From: an uncultured Thermoleophilia bacterium
GTDB taxonomy: Bacteria; Actinomycetota; Thermoleophilia; UBA2241
Direction: 5' to 3'
DNA: 64,000 bases
Assembly (NCBI GenBank): GCA_963715985.1
Contig: CAVQSP010000009.1
Span: forward strand, 32,001 to 96,000
A model generated the notes under the pieces. The model was not told the origin of the DNA, ran no database searches, and worked only from the letters and a program-made list of their open reading frames with translations. Both the position numbers and the translations under genes were made by a program. This document shows, in pieces, positions 9,818-18,905 of the stretch (the stretch's first letter is position 1; each line of letters starts with the position of its first letter).

Positions 9818-11091
9818 GCCTGCGCGCCTACCTCGGTCTGGGCCTCCTGGCCGCCGGTCTGTGCGGCCTCGCGCTCTCGGGCGACCTGCTACAGCACCCT
9901 GAGCGGCTGTGGGCATTCTACGGCCTGTCCCTGGCCGGGTTCGGGCTGCTCGCGAGCGCGGCGACCAGCCTGCCGCTGCGCGTGGCCGTGGTCGCCGCCG
10001 TGGTCGTCCGCCTGCTGTTCCTGCCCGGCGTGCCCAGTCTCAGCGACGACTTCTACCGCTACCTCTGGGACGGACGCGTGCAGCTGGCCGGCGAGAACCC
10101 GTATCTGTACGCGCCGGCCGATCCGCGGCTGGACGGCGTGGCGTTCGCCGGCCGCGCCGACGTCAACCACCCGCGGCTGCGGACGGTGTACCCGCCGCTG
10201 GAGCAGGCCACGTTCCTCGGCGTCGCCGCGGCGAGCGACGCCGCCGGACGGCTGGCCGGCGGCGGCGAGCAGGCGATCGGCGCCGCCGGAGCCGCCGCTG
10301 GAGCCGCCGCCGAAGGCGCATCGGCCGGCGCGGTGAGACGCGGGCTGCTGGCGTTGAAACTGGTAGCTGGGGCCGCCGATCTGCTGACGGCGGCGGCCGT
10401 GTGGTGGCTCGCCGGCGCAAGGCGGAGACGGCAGGCCACCGTGCTCTACCTGCTGTGCCCTGCCGTGATCGTACAGACCTGGGAGTCAGCGCATCTGGAG
10501 GTGGTCGCCGTCGGGCTGGCGGTTCTGGCGGCCGGGCTGCTCGTGCGCGGCCGCGACTGGCAGAGCGGGATCGCGCTCGGCCTGGCGGCGGCGTTCAGGC
10601 TCATGCCGGCCGCGCTGCTGGTGCCGGCGCTGCTGGGCGGGCGGGCGAAGCCCGCCCGCTTTCTCGCCGGCTTCATCCCCGCGCTCGTCATCCCCTACCT
10701 GCCGTACCTGCTCCGCGGCGGCGCCTTTGGCTCGCTCTGGCAGAGCGGGACCGGGTGGACCGGCAGTTCGCTGCTCTTCTTCCTTCTCAGCATCGCGCTC
10801 TCACCGCAGATCGCGCGCCTGCTGTGCCTGGCCGTCTTTGTCGCCGGTGCGGTGCTGATCGCGCGGCGGCTGCGCGGGAGGCCGCGAACGGCCGAAGCGT
10901 TCGCCTGGACGCTCACACTGCTCGTGGTCTGCCTGCCGGTGGTGCACGCGTGGTACTGGCTCATGCCGCTCACCTTCGGGCTCGTGGCCGGCGTCTGGCT
11001 GCCCGTCGTGCTGGGCCTTGCGGCGCCGCTGCCCGAGGCCCTCACCACCCGGTGGCCGCGCGGGCACGCCTGGACCATACTGGGCCGATGA
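9802..11091 (+). CDS. Polytopic membrane glycosyltransferase (GT87/DUF2029-like, GT-C)
   Basis: SLSDDFYRYLWDG, NPY, TVYPP, PVVHAWY, many TM segments. Confidence 0.8.
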   Translation: MMKRPRLRAYLGLGLLAAGLCGLALSGDLLQHPERLWAFYGLSLAGFGLLASAATSLPLRVAVVAAVVVRLLFLPGVPSLSDDFYRYLWDGRVQLAGENPYLYAPADPRLDGVAFAGRADVNHPRLRTVYPPLEQATFLGVAAASDAAGRLAGGGEQAIGAAGAAAGAAAEGASAGAVRRGLLALKLVAGAADLLTAAAVWWLAGARRRRQATVLYLLCPAVIVQTWESAHLEVVAVGLAVLAAGLLVRGRDWQSGIALGLAAAFRLMPAALLVPALLGGRAKPARFLAGFIPALVIPYLPYLLRGGAFGSLWQSGTGWTGSSLLFFLLSIALSPQIARLLCLAVFVAGAVLIARRLRGRPRTAEAFAWTLTLLVVCLPVVHAWYWLMPLTFGLVAGVWLPVVLGLAAPLPEALTTRWPRGHAWTILGR

Positions 11092-13068
11092 TGAGCACCG
11101 AGGCAGACACGCGCCGAGGGCCGGCACCCTCTCTCCTGAACGGCGCCGCCGTGCTCGCCGTGATGGCCAGGCCCCTGCTGCGCGGCGCCGTGAAGAGCCG
11201 GCTCGCCGCGTCCGTCGGCGCCGACGAGGCGCTGGCCGTGTATGCACGTCTGCTCGACGAGACGCTGCGCAGCGCCGAGCAGGTCCCCGGCGCGACGCTG
11301 GTACTGGCGGAGGCCGTTCCGGAGGGCGACGGAGGACCGCGTGACCTCGCTGAGCGCCCCGCCGATCCGCTCGCCGGCCGATCTCCGCGCTGGCGCCGCC
11401 TGCCCCAGCGGCGCGGCACGCTCGGCGAGCGCCTCGCGGGGGTGTTCGCCGACCTCTTCGCCGCAGGTGCGGGGCGCGTCGTGATCGTGGGCAGCGACAG
11501 TCCGTCGCTGCCGGCCGAATACCTCGAACAGGCCTTCGACGTGCTGGGCAGCGACGGAGCCGCCGAGCCGGGGAGCTCCGCGCGGCCGCACGCGCCACGC
11601 GCGAGCGGCGACAGGCTGGTGCTGGGCCCGGCCGCCGACGGCGGCTACTACCTCATCGGGCTGGCGCGCGCGCGCCTGGGAACGGCACGCGGCGGACGTG
11701 ACCGGCATCCTCCGCACCGCGCCCATGAGCACGTCCGGCCTGCTGGCCGCGACACTCGCGGCCGCCACTGCGCGCGGCCTGGCGGTGGCGCAGATCCCGC
11801 TGTGGGTGGACGTCGACCGCGTCGAGGACCTCGTGCTGCTCGATCGCCTCGCGTGCGAGAGCGACGCGCGCGGCGAGCCGGGCGGCGGGGAGCTGCGCGA
11901 GGTCTACCTGCACGTCACGCACCGCTGCGGGCGGGACTGCCGCCACTGCTACGACAAGGGCGCCGAGCGCGCGGCCGGCGAGCTCACGACCGCCGAATGG
12001 AAGGGCGTCGTCAACCAGTGCGCCGCCCTCGGTGCGCGCAGTTTCGTCTTCATCGGCGGCGACCCGCTCCTGCGCGACGACTTCCTGGAGCTCGTCGACC
12101 ACATCGCGGGGGTGCACGAGGCCCGTGTGCGGTTCTTCTTCAACAGCCGCGTGACAGAGGCGGAGGCGGCCGCGCTGGCCCTGGCGGGCCGCGGCCGCCT
12201 GACCCCGCTGGCCAGCATCGACGGGCCGCGGGAGATCAACGACGAGCTGCGCGGCCCGGGCAGCTACGACGACGTGATGACGTCCATCGCGCACCTGCAG
12301 GCGGCCGGGCTCGAGCCGGTGGCGAACACGGTGCTCGTGCGGCCGGCGCTGGCCGGCCTGACGCAGCTCGCCCGCGAGCTGCGCGACGCCGGCGTCCGCC
12401 GGCTCCACCTGATCCTGCCGCACCAGCAGGGCGGCCTGCCCGACGACCTCGACCTCGTGCCGTCGGGAGAGGAGCTGCTGGCCGCCGTGAGAGAGCTGCT
12501 GATCGTCGCCGGCGACATCGGCCTGACGGTGGACAACCTGCCCAGCTGGCGGCGGCGTGTGGGCGCGCGCAACGACCTCTGTGCGGCCGGCTGCCGCGAC
12601 GTGGCCGTGGACCCCTACGGCAACGTCCACGCCTGCGTGATCACCGCCGGCGACCCCGCCTTCGTGGCCGGCTCGCTGCGCGAGCGCCCGCTGGCCGAGA
12701 TCTGGCGCACGTCCAGCAGCCTGCGGCTGCTGCGCGCGGCGCGCGCCCGCGACAGGGCCGAGTGCGCCGCCTGCGCCGTGGTGGACTCCTGTGGCGGCGA
12801 GTGCTGGGTGCAGGCGCACTACGCCGCCCGCGCCCACGACGAGCCGGCCGGCTACGCCGCGGCGTTCCCCTACTGCGACCTCGTGCGACCCATCTTCGAG
12901 GAGCTCGCCGCGGAGCTGGTGGCCGAAGAAACGCGCGCGGCCAGTCTCGGCGCAGCGACCGGAGGCGAAGGCAGCGCGGCCGCGGCGGATGCCTGCGCGG
13001 CCGCCGGCGCCTGCGGCGGTCAGGCCGCCGCGGGCGCGGACGCCTACTCCCTCTTCGACTGCATATGA
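11088..13068 (+). CDS. Fusion of DUF2064/TIGR04282-type transferase with radical SAM/SPASM domain; frameshift in (GC)6 at 11664-11675
   Basis: Frame 1: VKSRLA, TLGERL, IVGSDSP, LGPAADGGYYLIG. Frame 2: the transferase C-terminus (PMST...WVDVDRVEDL) runs directly into CGRDCRHC and a SPASM Cys cluster (CAAG...HAC...CAACAVVDSCGGEC...YC). Confidence 0.8.
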
Positions 13069-13164
13069 GGATACTGACGGCGCGGGCGTGACCCGCGCGA
13101 AGCAGACCGTCGCGGCGCCCGAGCGCGTCCCGTCCGCGACAGGCTCCGAGCCCGCATCCAGCCT

Positions 13165-13422
13165 CTAGCCCAGACCCAGCCGGCGGTCGAGCTCGCCCGT
13201 GGCGTTGAGCCGTGCGAGCTCGTCGTACCCGCCCACGAACTCGTCGTCGATGAAGATCTCGGGCGCGGTACGCCGCCCGGAGCGCTCCTCCATCTCTCGC
13301 CGCAGTGCATCGTCGTACGTGACGTCGATCTCGCGATAGTCCAGGCCCTTGGAGGCCAGGAGCTTCTTGGCCATGACACAGTAGGGGCACCACTCCGTAG
13401 AGTAGACCTCGATGTCCGCCAC
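13165..13422 (-). CDS. grxC: Glutaredoxin 3
   Basis: WCPYC, RTAPEIFI, GGYDEL; GTG start after AGGAGGT. Confidence 0.92.
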   Translation of the reverse strand: MADIEVYSTEWCPYCVMAKKLLASKGLDYREIDVTYDDALRREMEERSGRRTAPEIFIDDEFVGGYDELARLNATGELDRRLGLG

Positions 13423-13773
13423 GATCACCTCCTCGATCTCAGTGGAAGCGTCCGGTCGACCCGCACGGTCCCAGACGCCTCTGCAAGCATGGCGCAGCGC
13501 GGCCCGAAGCGCGACCTCGGTCAACTCCTTCGACCGCTCCCGCCGCTTCCCGTCGCGCGCACCGCACACGGACCCCACAGCGCACTCCCGGCCCGTCGGC
13601 AGGCATGTTCCGCGGCGCCCTTACAGTCGCACGTACGTCCAACGGTGCTCTCTATTGAAATCGCGATCAGGACCATGCCCACCGGCCGACGTCGCCGCAC
13701 TCTGATTTCAGACACCGGCGATCGGTCTGCCGCCGTGGGATCGGCGGCGGTACGCTGCGCCTGGTGGCGCAGT

Positions 13774-14949
13774 TCACGACGCGTCGGCCGCCACCTTCAG
13801 CACCGCCGAGCCGCGCACCCTGTCCTCCTTGAGGTCGAGTAGCGCCTGATTGGCCTGCTCGAGGGGGTACTCCTGCACGCGGCTCACCACGGGGACCAGA
13901 GCCGCGTCGCGCAGCAACTCGCGGGCGTCCTGGCGCGTGGAGTTGGCCACGCTGCGCACCACGCGCTCGCCATAGATCCACGGGTACTCGATGGGCGGGA
14001 TGGGCGACGAGTAGATCCCGCCCAGCGCCACGATGCCGCCCTTCTCGAGCCGGCGCAGAGCGTCCACGGCGAGCTCGCCGGCCGGCGCGAACACGATGGC
14101 GGCGTCGAAGAGCACGCCCGGATCCTCGCCGGCCTGGCCGGCCCAGACCGCGCCCAGCTCCAGGGCGAGGCTGCGGTGCTCCTCGTCGCGGGCGATGCCG
14201 TACACCTCCCAGCAGCGCCAGATGGCGATCTGCGCGCACAACGAGGCGGCCGAGCCGAACCCGTAGATGGCGAGGCGGCCCAGCCGCTCGGAGCCCGGGC
14301 GCGGCGGCGGCCAGATGGGCCAGCGTTCGCGTTCCTTGACGGCGGTCAGCTCGGACGCGGCGTCATGCGTCGCGCCGCCGCCGAGGCCCGCCCCCTCGCC
14401 CACGATGCCCACGAGGCGCAGGCAGCGGTACCCGATGATGCCGGCGCACAGCAGCGGGGCAGCGGCCATGGGCGACATGTCGAGCGGCAGGCGGTAGACG
14501 AACGCCGCCGGCGCCACCGTGTACTCGGCGAAGCCGCCGTCCACGTCCCACCCCGTGAACAGCGCGTCCTCGCACAGGTTCTCCCTGCCGCGCGCACAGA
14601 AGCGGCAGGTCCCGTCGGTCTGGTGCAGCCACGGGACGCCGACGCGCTCGCCCACGATGAGCGGCGGCGCGCCGGTCTCGCCGCCGGGCACCACGCCGTC
14701 GGCGCCGGGCCCCAGCGCGACGACCTCGCCGACGATCTGGTGTCCCGGTACCACGGGCGAGCGGTGCGGCGGCAGCTCGCCCTCGAGGATGTGCAGATCG
14801 GTGCGGCACACGCCGCACGCCAGCACGCGCAGCAGCACCTGGCCGTCGCCGGGCTCGGGCACCGGCAGCTCGACGAGCTTGAGCGGCGCCTCCGACACCG
14901 GAGCCGGCGCCGCCAGCTGCATGGCCTTCATCGTCGCGGGCATGGCCAC
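13774..14949 (-). CDS. Zinc-dependent alcohol dehydrogenase family protein
   Basis: CGVCRTDLH, PGHQIVG, CRFC...ENLC, APLLCAGIIG. Confidence 0.9.
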   Translation of the reverse strand: MAMPATMKAMQLAAPAPVSEAPLKLVELPVPEPGDGQVLLRVLACGVCRTDLHILEGELPPHRSPVVPGHQIVGEVVALGPGADGVVPGGETGAPPLIVGERVGVPWLHQTDGTCRFCARGRENLCEDALFTGWDVDGGFAEYTVAPAAFVYRLPLDMSPMAAAPLLCAGIIGYRCLRLVGIVGEGAGLGGGATHDAASELTAVKERERWPIWPPPRPGSERLGRLAIYGFGSAASLCAQIAIWRCWEVYGIARDEEHRSLALELGAVWAGQAGEDPGVLFDAAIVFAPAGELAVDALRRLEKGGIVALGGIYSSPIPPIEYPWIYGERVVRSVANSTRQDARELLRDAALVPVVSRVQEYPLEQANQALLDLKEDRVRGSAVLKVAADAS

Positions 14950-15129
14950 TCCCTCTCGCCTACTCGCCGTTGATCACCATCACGGTCACGTCGCCAGACC
15001 GGCGCTCGCCGGTGGCGTGCAGCGCCACGCCGCCGGGGTATGCATCGGTCGGCCCGGCCAGAGCTTGAGCCTACGTCACCCGCGCGGAATCACCAAGGCC
15101 CGCCCGGCGCGGGGGACCCGGGCGTCTCC

Positions 15130-15429
15130 TCAGGAAGCGGCGACGGTACGGCGGGGATGCGTGAAGGCGGCCACCAGAAGCGCGACGGCAGCCGGCACGA
15201 AGAAGAGGCCGGCCTGGGTCGTCATCAGCACGCACGCGGCGACCAGCAGGATCGCGAGCGCCCGGCGCAGCCAGGAGGTGTGGGCGAAGCGGGCGACGAG
15301 CAGGACACCGGCGGCGGCCAGAGCCCACGCGCCCACCAAGGGCCAGGAGTCCTCCCCGATGACCACGAAGACGAGCGCCTCCGCGGCGAGGAACAACACG
15401 ATGCTGGCTTCCAGCGGCCTCGGCACCAT
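15130..15429 (-). CDS. Hypothetical small membrane protein
   Basis: MVPRPLEASIVLFLAAE... hydrophobic ORF directly after the ABC permease. Confidence 0.5.
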   Translation of the reverse strand: MVPRPLEASIVLFLAAEALVFVVIGEDSWPLVGAWALAAAGVLLVARFAHTSWLRRALAILLVAACVLMTTQAGLFFVPAAVALLVAAFTHPRRTVAAS

Positions 15430-15446
15430 GCGTGCCTTGGCCACGC

Positions 15447-16370
15447 TCAAGAGAGCACGTCTTTGCGGCGGAACACGAGGTAGGCGACGAAGGTGAGACC
15501 GAAGCTCCACGCCGCGAACACACCCAGGCCCTTGAGGATGGGTCGCCAGTAGATGGGGTCGCGGAAGAAGTTGGAGAAGTCCAGCAGGTAGTTGGGGAAG
15601 ACCCACGGCCGCAGCCAGTCGAAGTAGCTGAAGGCGATGAGCACCGTGATGACGATGTAGACGACGATCGTGCCGATGAGGGCGGTGAGACTCGAGTCGG
15701 TGAGCGTGCTGAAGAGCAGCGCCATGGAGACAATGCACGACATGGCGGCCAGGCCGTAGAGGCAGGAGAGCAGGATGAGGCCGAGGCCGTGCCACACGCC
15801 GACGGTGGAACCGGAGAGCGTGATCATCGGGTGCAGGCCGAAGAAGAGGCCGCCGAACAGCAGCCCGCCGGCCACCATGAGGGCGAAGCCCACGGCCAGA
15901 TACACCATGGCCATCGTCCACTTGGACAACAGGAAGCCGCCGCGGCGCACGGGACGCAGCAGCACGATGCGCAGCGTGCCGAGCTCGGCCTCGCCGGCGA
16001 TCATGTAGCCGGCGACCATGGCCGCAGCCATCGGCAGCAGGAACGGCAGCAGCGATGACAGCGCCGCCATGGTGACGAACATGCCGTTGCTGGTGATCTG
16101 CTCGATGAACAACGGCCCGCCGCCCTCGTCGTGCGGGTTGGCGTTGCCCGCCAGGTACAGCGCCAGGGAGATGAGGAAGGGGATGAGGAAGGCGCCGCCC
16201 CAGATGAGGTAGCTGCGGCGCTGGAAGAGAAGCTTGATCCACTCGCGCCGCAGCGCCCCCCAGGCGTGGCCGCGCATGCCGCCGGCGGTGCTGCCGTGGG
16301 CGTGGCCGGCGGAGCCGGCCGTGACGGCCGGGTCGCCGGCCTGCACCGGCGGGGCGGGGGCGGCGCTCAT
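15447..16370 (-). CDS. ABC-2 type transporter permease
   Basis: RREWIKL, IAGEAELGTLRIVLLRPVRR, FRRKDVLS; six TM segments. Confidence 0.88.
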   Translation of the reverse strand: MSAAPAPPVQAGDPAVTAGSAGHAHGSTAGGMRGHAWGALRREWIKLLFQRRSYLIWGGAFLIPFLISLALYLAGNANPHDEGGGPLFIEQITSNGMFVTMAALSSLLPFLLPMAAAMVAGYMIAGEAELGTLRIVLLRPVRRGGFLLSKWTMAMVYLAVGFALMVAGGLLFGGLFFGLHPMITLSGSTVGVWHGLGLILLSCLYGLAAMSCIVSMALLFSTLTDSSLTALIGTIVVYIVITVLIAFSYFDWLRPWVFPNYLLDFSNFFRDPIYWRPILKGLGVFAAWSFGLTFVAYLVFRRKDVLS

Positions 16371-17425
16371 CGCCGGCCTCCCGGCAGGATGCGGGCGAGG
16401 CCGGCGCGCCGCTTCTTCTGCGCCGGCCGGTCCCCGTCGCTGCCGGTCAGCTCGAGGAAGAAGTCCTCGAGGCCCTGCTCGGTCGCCGGCACCACGGCCC
16501 GGACCTCGACGCCGTCGGCGACGAGCCGCCGCACCATCTCGGGCACGGCGTCCTCGTCGGCCTTGACGATCAGGTAGCCCTCGTCCACGCTCACGCCGCC
16601 GGCGCCGAACTGGCCGCGCAACACGTCGGCGGCGCGGCCCTGGTCGCCGGTGACGACCTTGATGGCGTCGTCCTTGGGGCGCAGCTCGCTCACGGGCCCC
16701 TGCACCACGACGCGGCCCCTGTTGATGATCACGGCGCGCGTGCACACCTGCTCCACCTCGTGCAGCAGGTGCGAGCTCAGGAAGACCGTGGTGCCGGCGG
16801 CGCCGAGGTCGCGGATGAGCTCGCGCACGTCCTTCATGCCGCGCGGGTCCAGGCCGCTGGTGGGCTCGTCCAGCACGATGAGCTCGGGGCTGTGCAGCAG
16901 CGCCTGGGCGATGCCGAGGCGCTGCTTCATGCCGTGGCTGAAGCCGCCCACGCGGTCGTTGGCGCGGTCGCCGAGGGCGACGATCTCGAGCACCTCGTCG
17001 ATGCGCTCCTCGCTCACGGGGCCCGTCATGCTGCCCAGCAGGCGCAGGTTCCGGCGCGCGCTCATCAGCGGGTAGAAGGTGGGGTCGTCCACGAACCCGC
17101 CCACGTGCCGGAGCGCGTCCTGGAGCTCGCCCGGCACCCGGTGCCCGCAGACCTCCACGTGGCCGCTGGTCGGGTGGATGAGGCCCAGGGCGAGCCGGAT
17201 GACCGTCGTCTTGCCGGCTCCATTGGGCCCGAGAAAGCCGAACACGTCGCCCCGGCACACCTGCATGTCCAGACCGTCCACGGCGCGGAGGGCACCGAAC
17301 TGCTTGGTGAGGGCGTGCGTGGTCAGGACGGGGGCGCGGCCTTCGCAGCTCTGCTGCGGCCGCGCCCCCTCCTGTCCACTCACCTGCTGCGCGTCGGTGA
17401 CGTCTTGCGTCTCGCCTTCTTCCAC
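16367..17425 (-). CDS. ABC transporter ATP-binding protein
   Basis: GPNGAGKT, FSHGMKQR, LDEPT, SSH; start uncertain. Confidence 0.93.
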   Translation of the reverse strand: MEEGETQDVTDAQQVSGQEGARPQQSCEGRAPVLTTHALTKQFGALRAVDGLDMQVCRGDVFGFLGPNGAGKTTVIRLALGLIHPTSGHVEVCGHRVPGELQDALRHVGGFVDDPTFYPLMSARRNLRLLGSMTGPVSEERIDEVLEIVALGDRANDRVGGFSHGMKQRLGIAQALLHSPELIVLDEPTSGLDPRGMKDVRELIRDLGAAGTTVFLSSHLLHEVEQVCTRAVIINRGRVVVQGPVSELRPKDDAIKVVTGDQGRAADVLRGQFGAGGVSVDEGYLIVKADEDAVPEMVRRLVADGVEVRAVVPATEQGLEDFFLELTGSDGDRPAQKKRRAGLARILPGGRR

Positions 17426-17426
17426 A

Positions 17427-18776
17427 TCAACGCACGGACTGCACGAAGGCCTCGAGGTCAGCGGCCGGCACCATGCCGCCGGCCATGAGGGTCGTGTCGC
17501 CCTGCTGCCAGATGTACACGCCACCCAGCGGCGTGGTCATCGAGCGCACGGGTGACCCGCCGACCGTGGCCGTGCCGACCAGCGCCGGCAGCTGCTTGAG
17601 CTGCTTCTCGAGCTCGGGCGTGGTCCTGGTCTGTGCCAAGGCGATGCTGCCGAAGCCGTCCCCGTACAGGAGCACCGAGGCCGGCCCCATAGCGGCGGCG
17701 TCCGCCGGGGCGCCGGAAGCGCCGCCGAGGCCCATCTGCGCGAGGTCGAACACCGGAGTGCCGAGCGCCGTGAGCGGCATGCCGTTGTCGAACACGTAGG
17801 CCCACTTGAACGGCCGGGCGGTGTAGCCCTGCGCCGAGGCGATCGGGTAGTCCACGAGCTTCTGCGCCTGCGCCTGCGTCAGCAGGGCGTGCCGCGCGAG
17901 ATCCATGTGCTGCGCCTCTGCAGCCGCACCGGAGTGCCCCTGCGGGCTCGCGTCGCCCTGCCTCTTCTCCAGCTTCTTCTGGAGCTCGGCGGCGTCCACG
18001 GACTTCGTCGTCACCTGGGCGCCCGCGGGCGGTGTGAACTCGAACAGCTTGGGGTCGACCGGCGCGTACGACACGCTGTCGAAGCCGAACCTGAGCACCG
18101 CGGGGCCGCCGCTCCTGGCGTAGACCTCAAGGCTGAGCGGCATCATGGTCTCGCCGTCGACGGCAGCCTGTACGGCGCCGAGGGCGGTGTCGTTCGCGAC
18201 GGGCGTCATGCGCAGCAGGTACGCGGCCCGGCCGGCCACCGTGGCCTGACCGGCCACGTCGACCGTGGCGTACGGCGCCAGCTGCTGGAGGAACATCGCG
18301 ATGGTGAGCGGCGTCATCGCCGATGGTGCCGGCTCCGGCGACTGCGCGGGCAGATCGCCGGTGAGCGACCACTGCTCGGCCGTGTTGGTGGCCGAGTCAT
18401 ACGTCCACGCCGTCTGCGCGGCCTTGCTGACGCCGGCGACCTGGTCGCCACCGCTGCCCTGCGACTCGACGCGCACGCCGGCGTCGCTGACCCAGATGCG
18501 TCCAGAGCCGCTTGACGTGAGCGGCGACTGCGCCGGCAGCTGCGCCATGCCGGAGGCGGTGCCGATGTCTCCGAACAGCGTGTTGTTCCACGAGACTTCG
18601 CCGCTGACGGACGTGACCGAACCCTCGGTGGTGGCCATCTTGGCCATGAGGTCCTGGGCCGAGATCGCCGGCAGGTCGGCCGTGGACCCGGCACCGGCCA
18701 CAGCCACCACACCGGCCACCAGTGCGATGGCGGCGACGACCGCGATGACGACGTACAGCCAGACTCTCGATCTCAT
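17427..18776 (-). CDS. LolA/DUF2092-like exported lipid or lipoprotein-carrier protein
   Basis: Signal anchor, VAGRAAYLL, AVDGETMMPL, LFEFTPPAGAQV. Confidence 0.7.
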   Translation of the reverse strand: MRSRVWLYVVIAVVAAIALVAGVVAVAGAGSTADLPAISAQDLMAKMATTEGSVTSVSGEVSWNNTLFGDIGTASGMAQLPAQSPLTSSGSGRIWVSDAGVRVESQGSGGDQVAGVSKAAQTAWTYDSATNTAEQWSLTGDLPAQSPEPAPSAMTPLTIAMFLQQLAPYATVDVAGQATVAGRAAYLLRMTPVANDTALGAVQAAVDGETMMPLSLEVYARSGGPAVLRFGFDSVSYAPVDPKLFEFTPPAGAQVTTKSVDAAELQKKLEKRQGDASPQGHSGAAAEAQHMDLARHALLTQAQAQKLVDYPIASAQGYTARPFKWAYVFDNGMPLTALGTPVFDLAQMGLGGASGAPADAAAMGPASVLLYGDGFGSIALAQTRTTPELEKQLKQLPALVGTATVGGSPVRSMTTPLGGVYIWQQGDTTLMAGGMVPAADLEAFVQSVR

Positions 18777-18905
18777 GGGGACCCCTTCCGCGCGTTGCTG
18801 CTGTCTACGGTGTACCCCCCACGCCCCGCGGCTGCAACCTTACGCTCGCGACCGTAACGCGGCTTCACACGGTTCGGGGTGCCCGACGAGCCGCAGGAAC
18901 GCCCG

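Noticed and set aside
9909-13091. 1060-aa ORF on the plus strand
   Set aside because: Only 11088 to about 11670 is protein-like (DUF2064); the rest is Arg/Pro/Gly-rich off-frame sequence
13430-13770. 350-bp region upstream of grxC as a possible ncRNA or riboswitch
   Set aside because: Only a short TGAAATC/GATTTCA inverted pair; no recognisable riboswitch consensus
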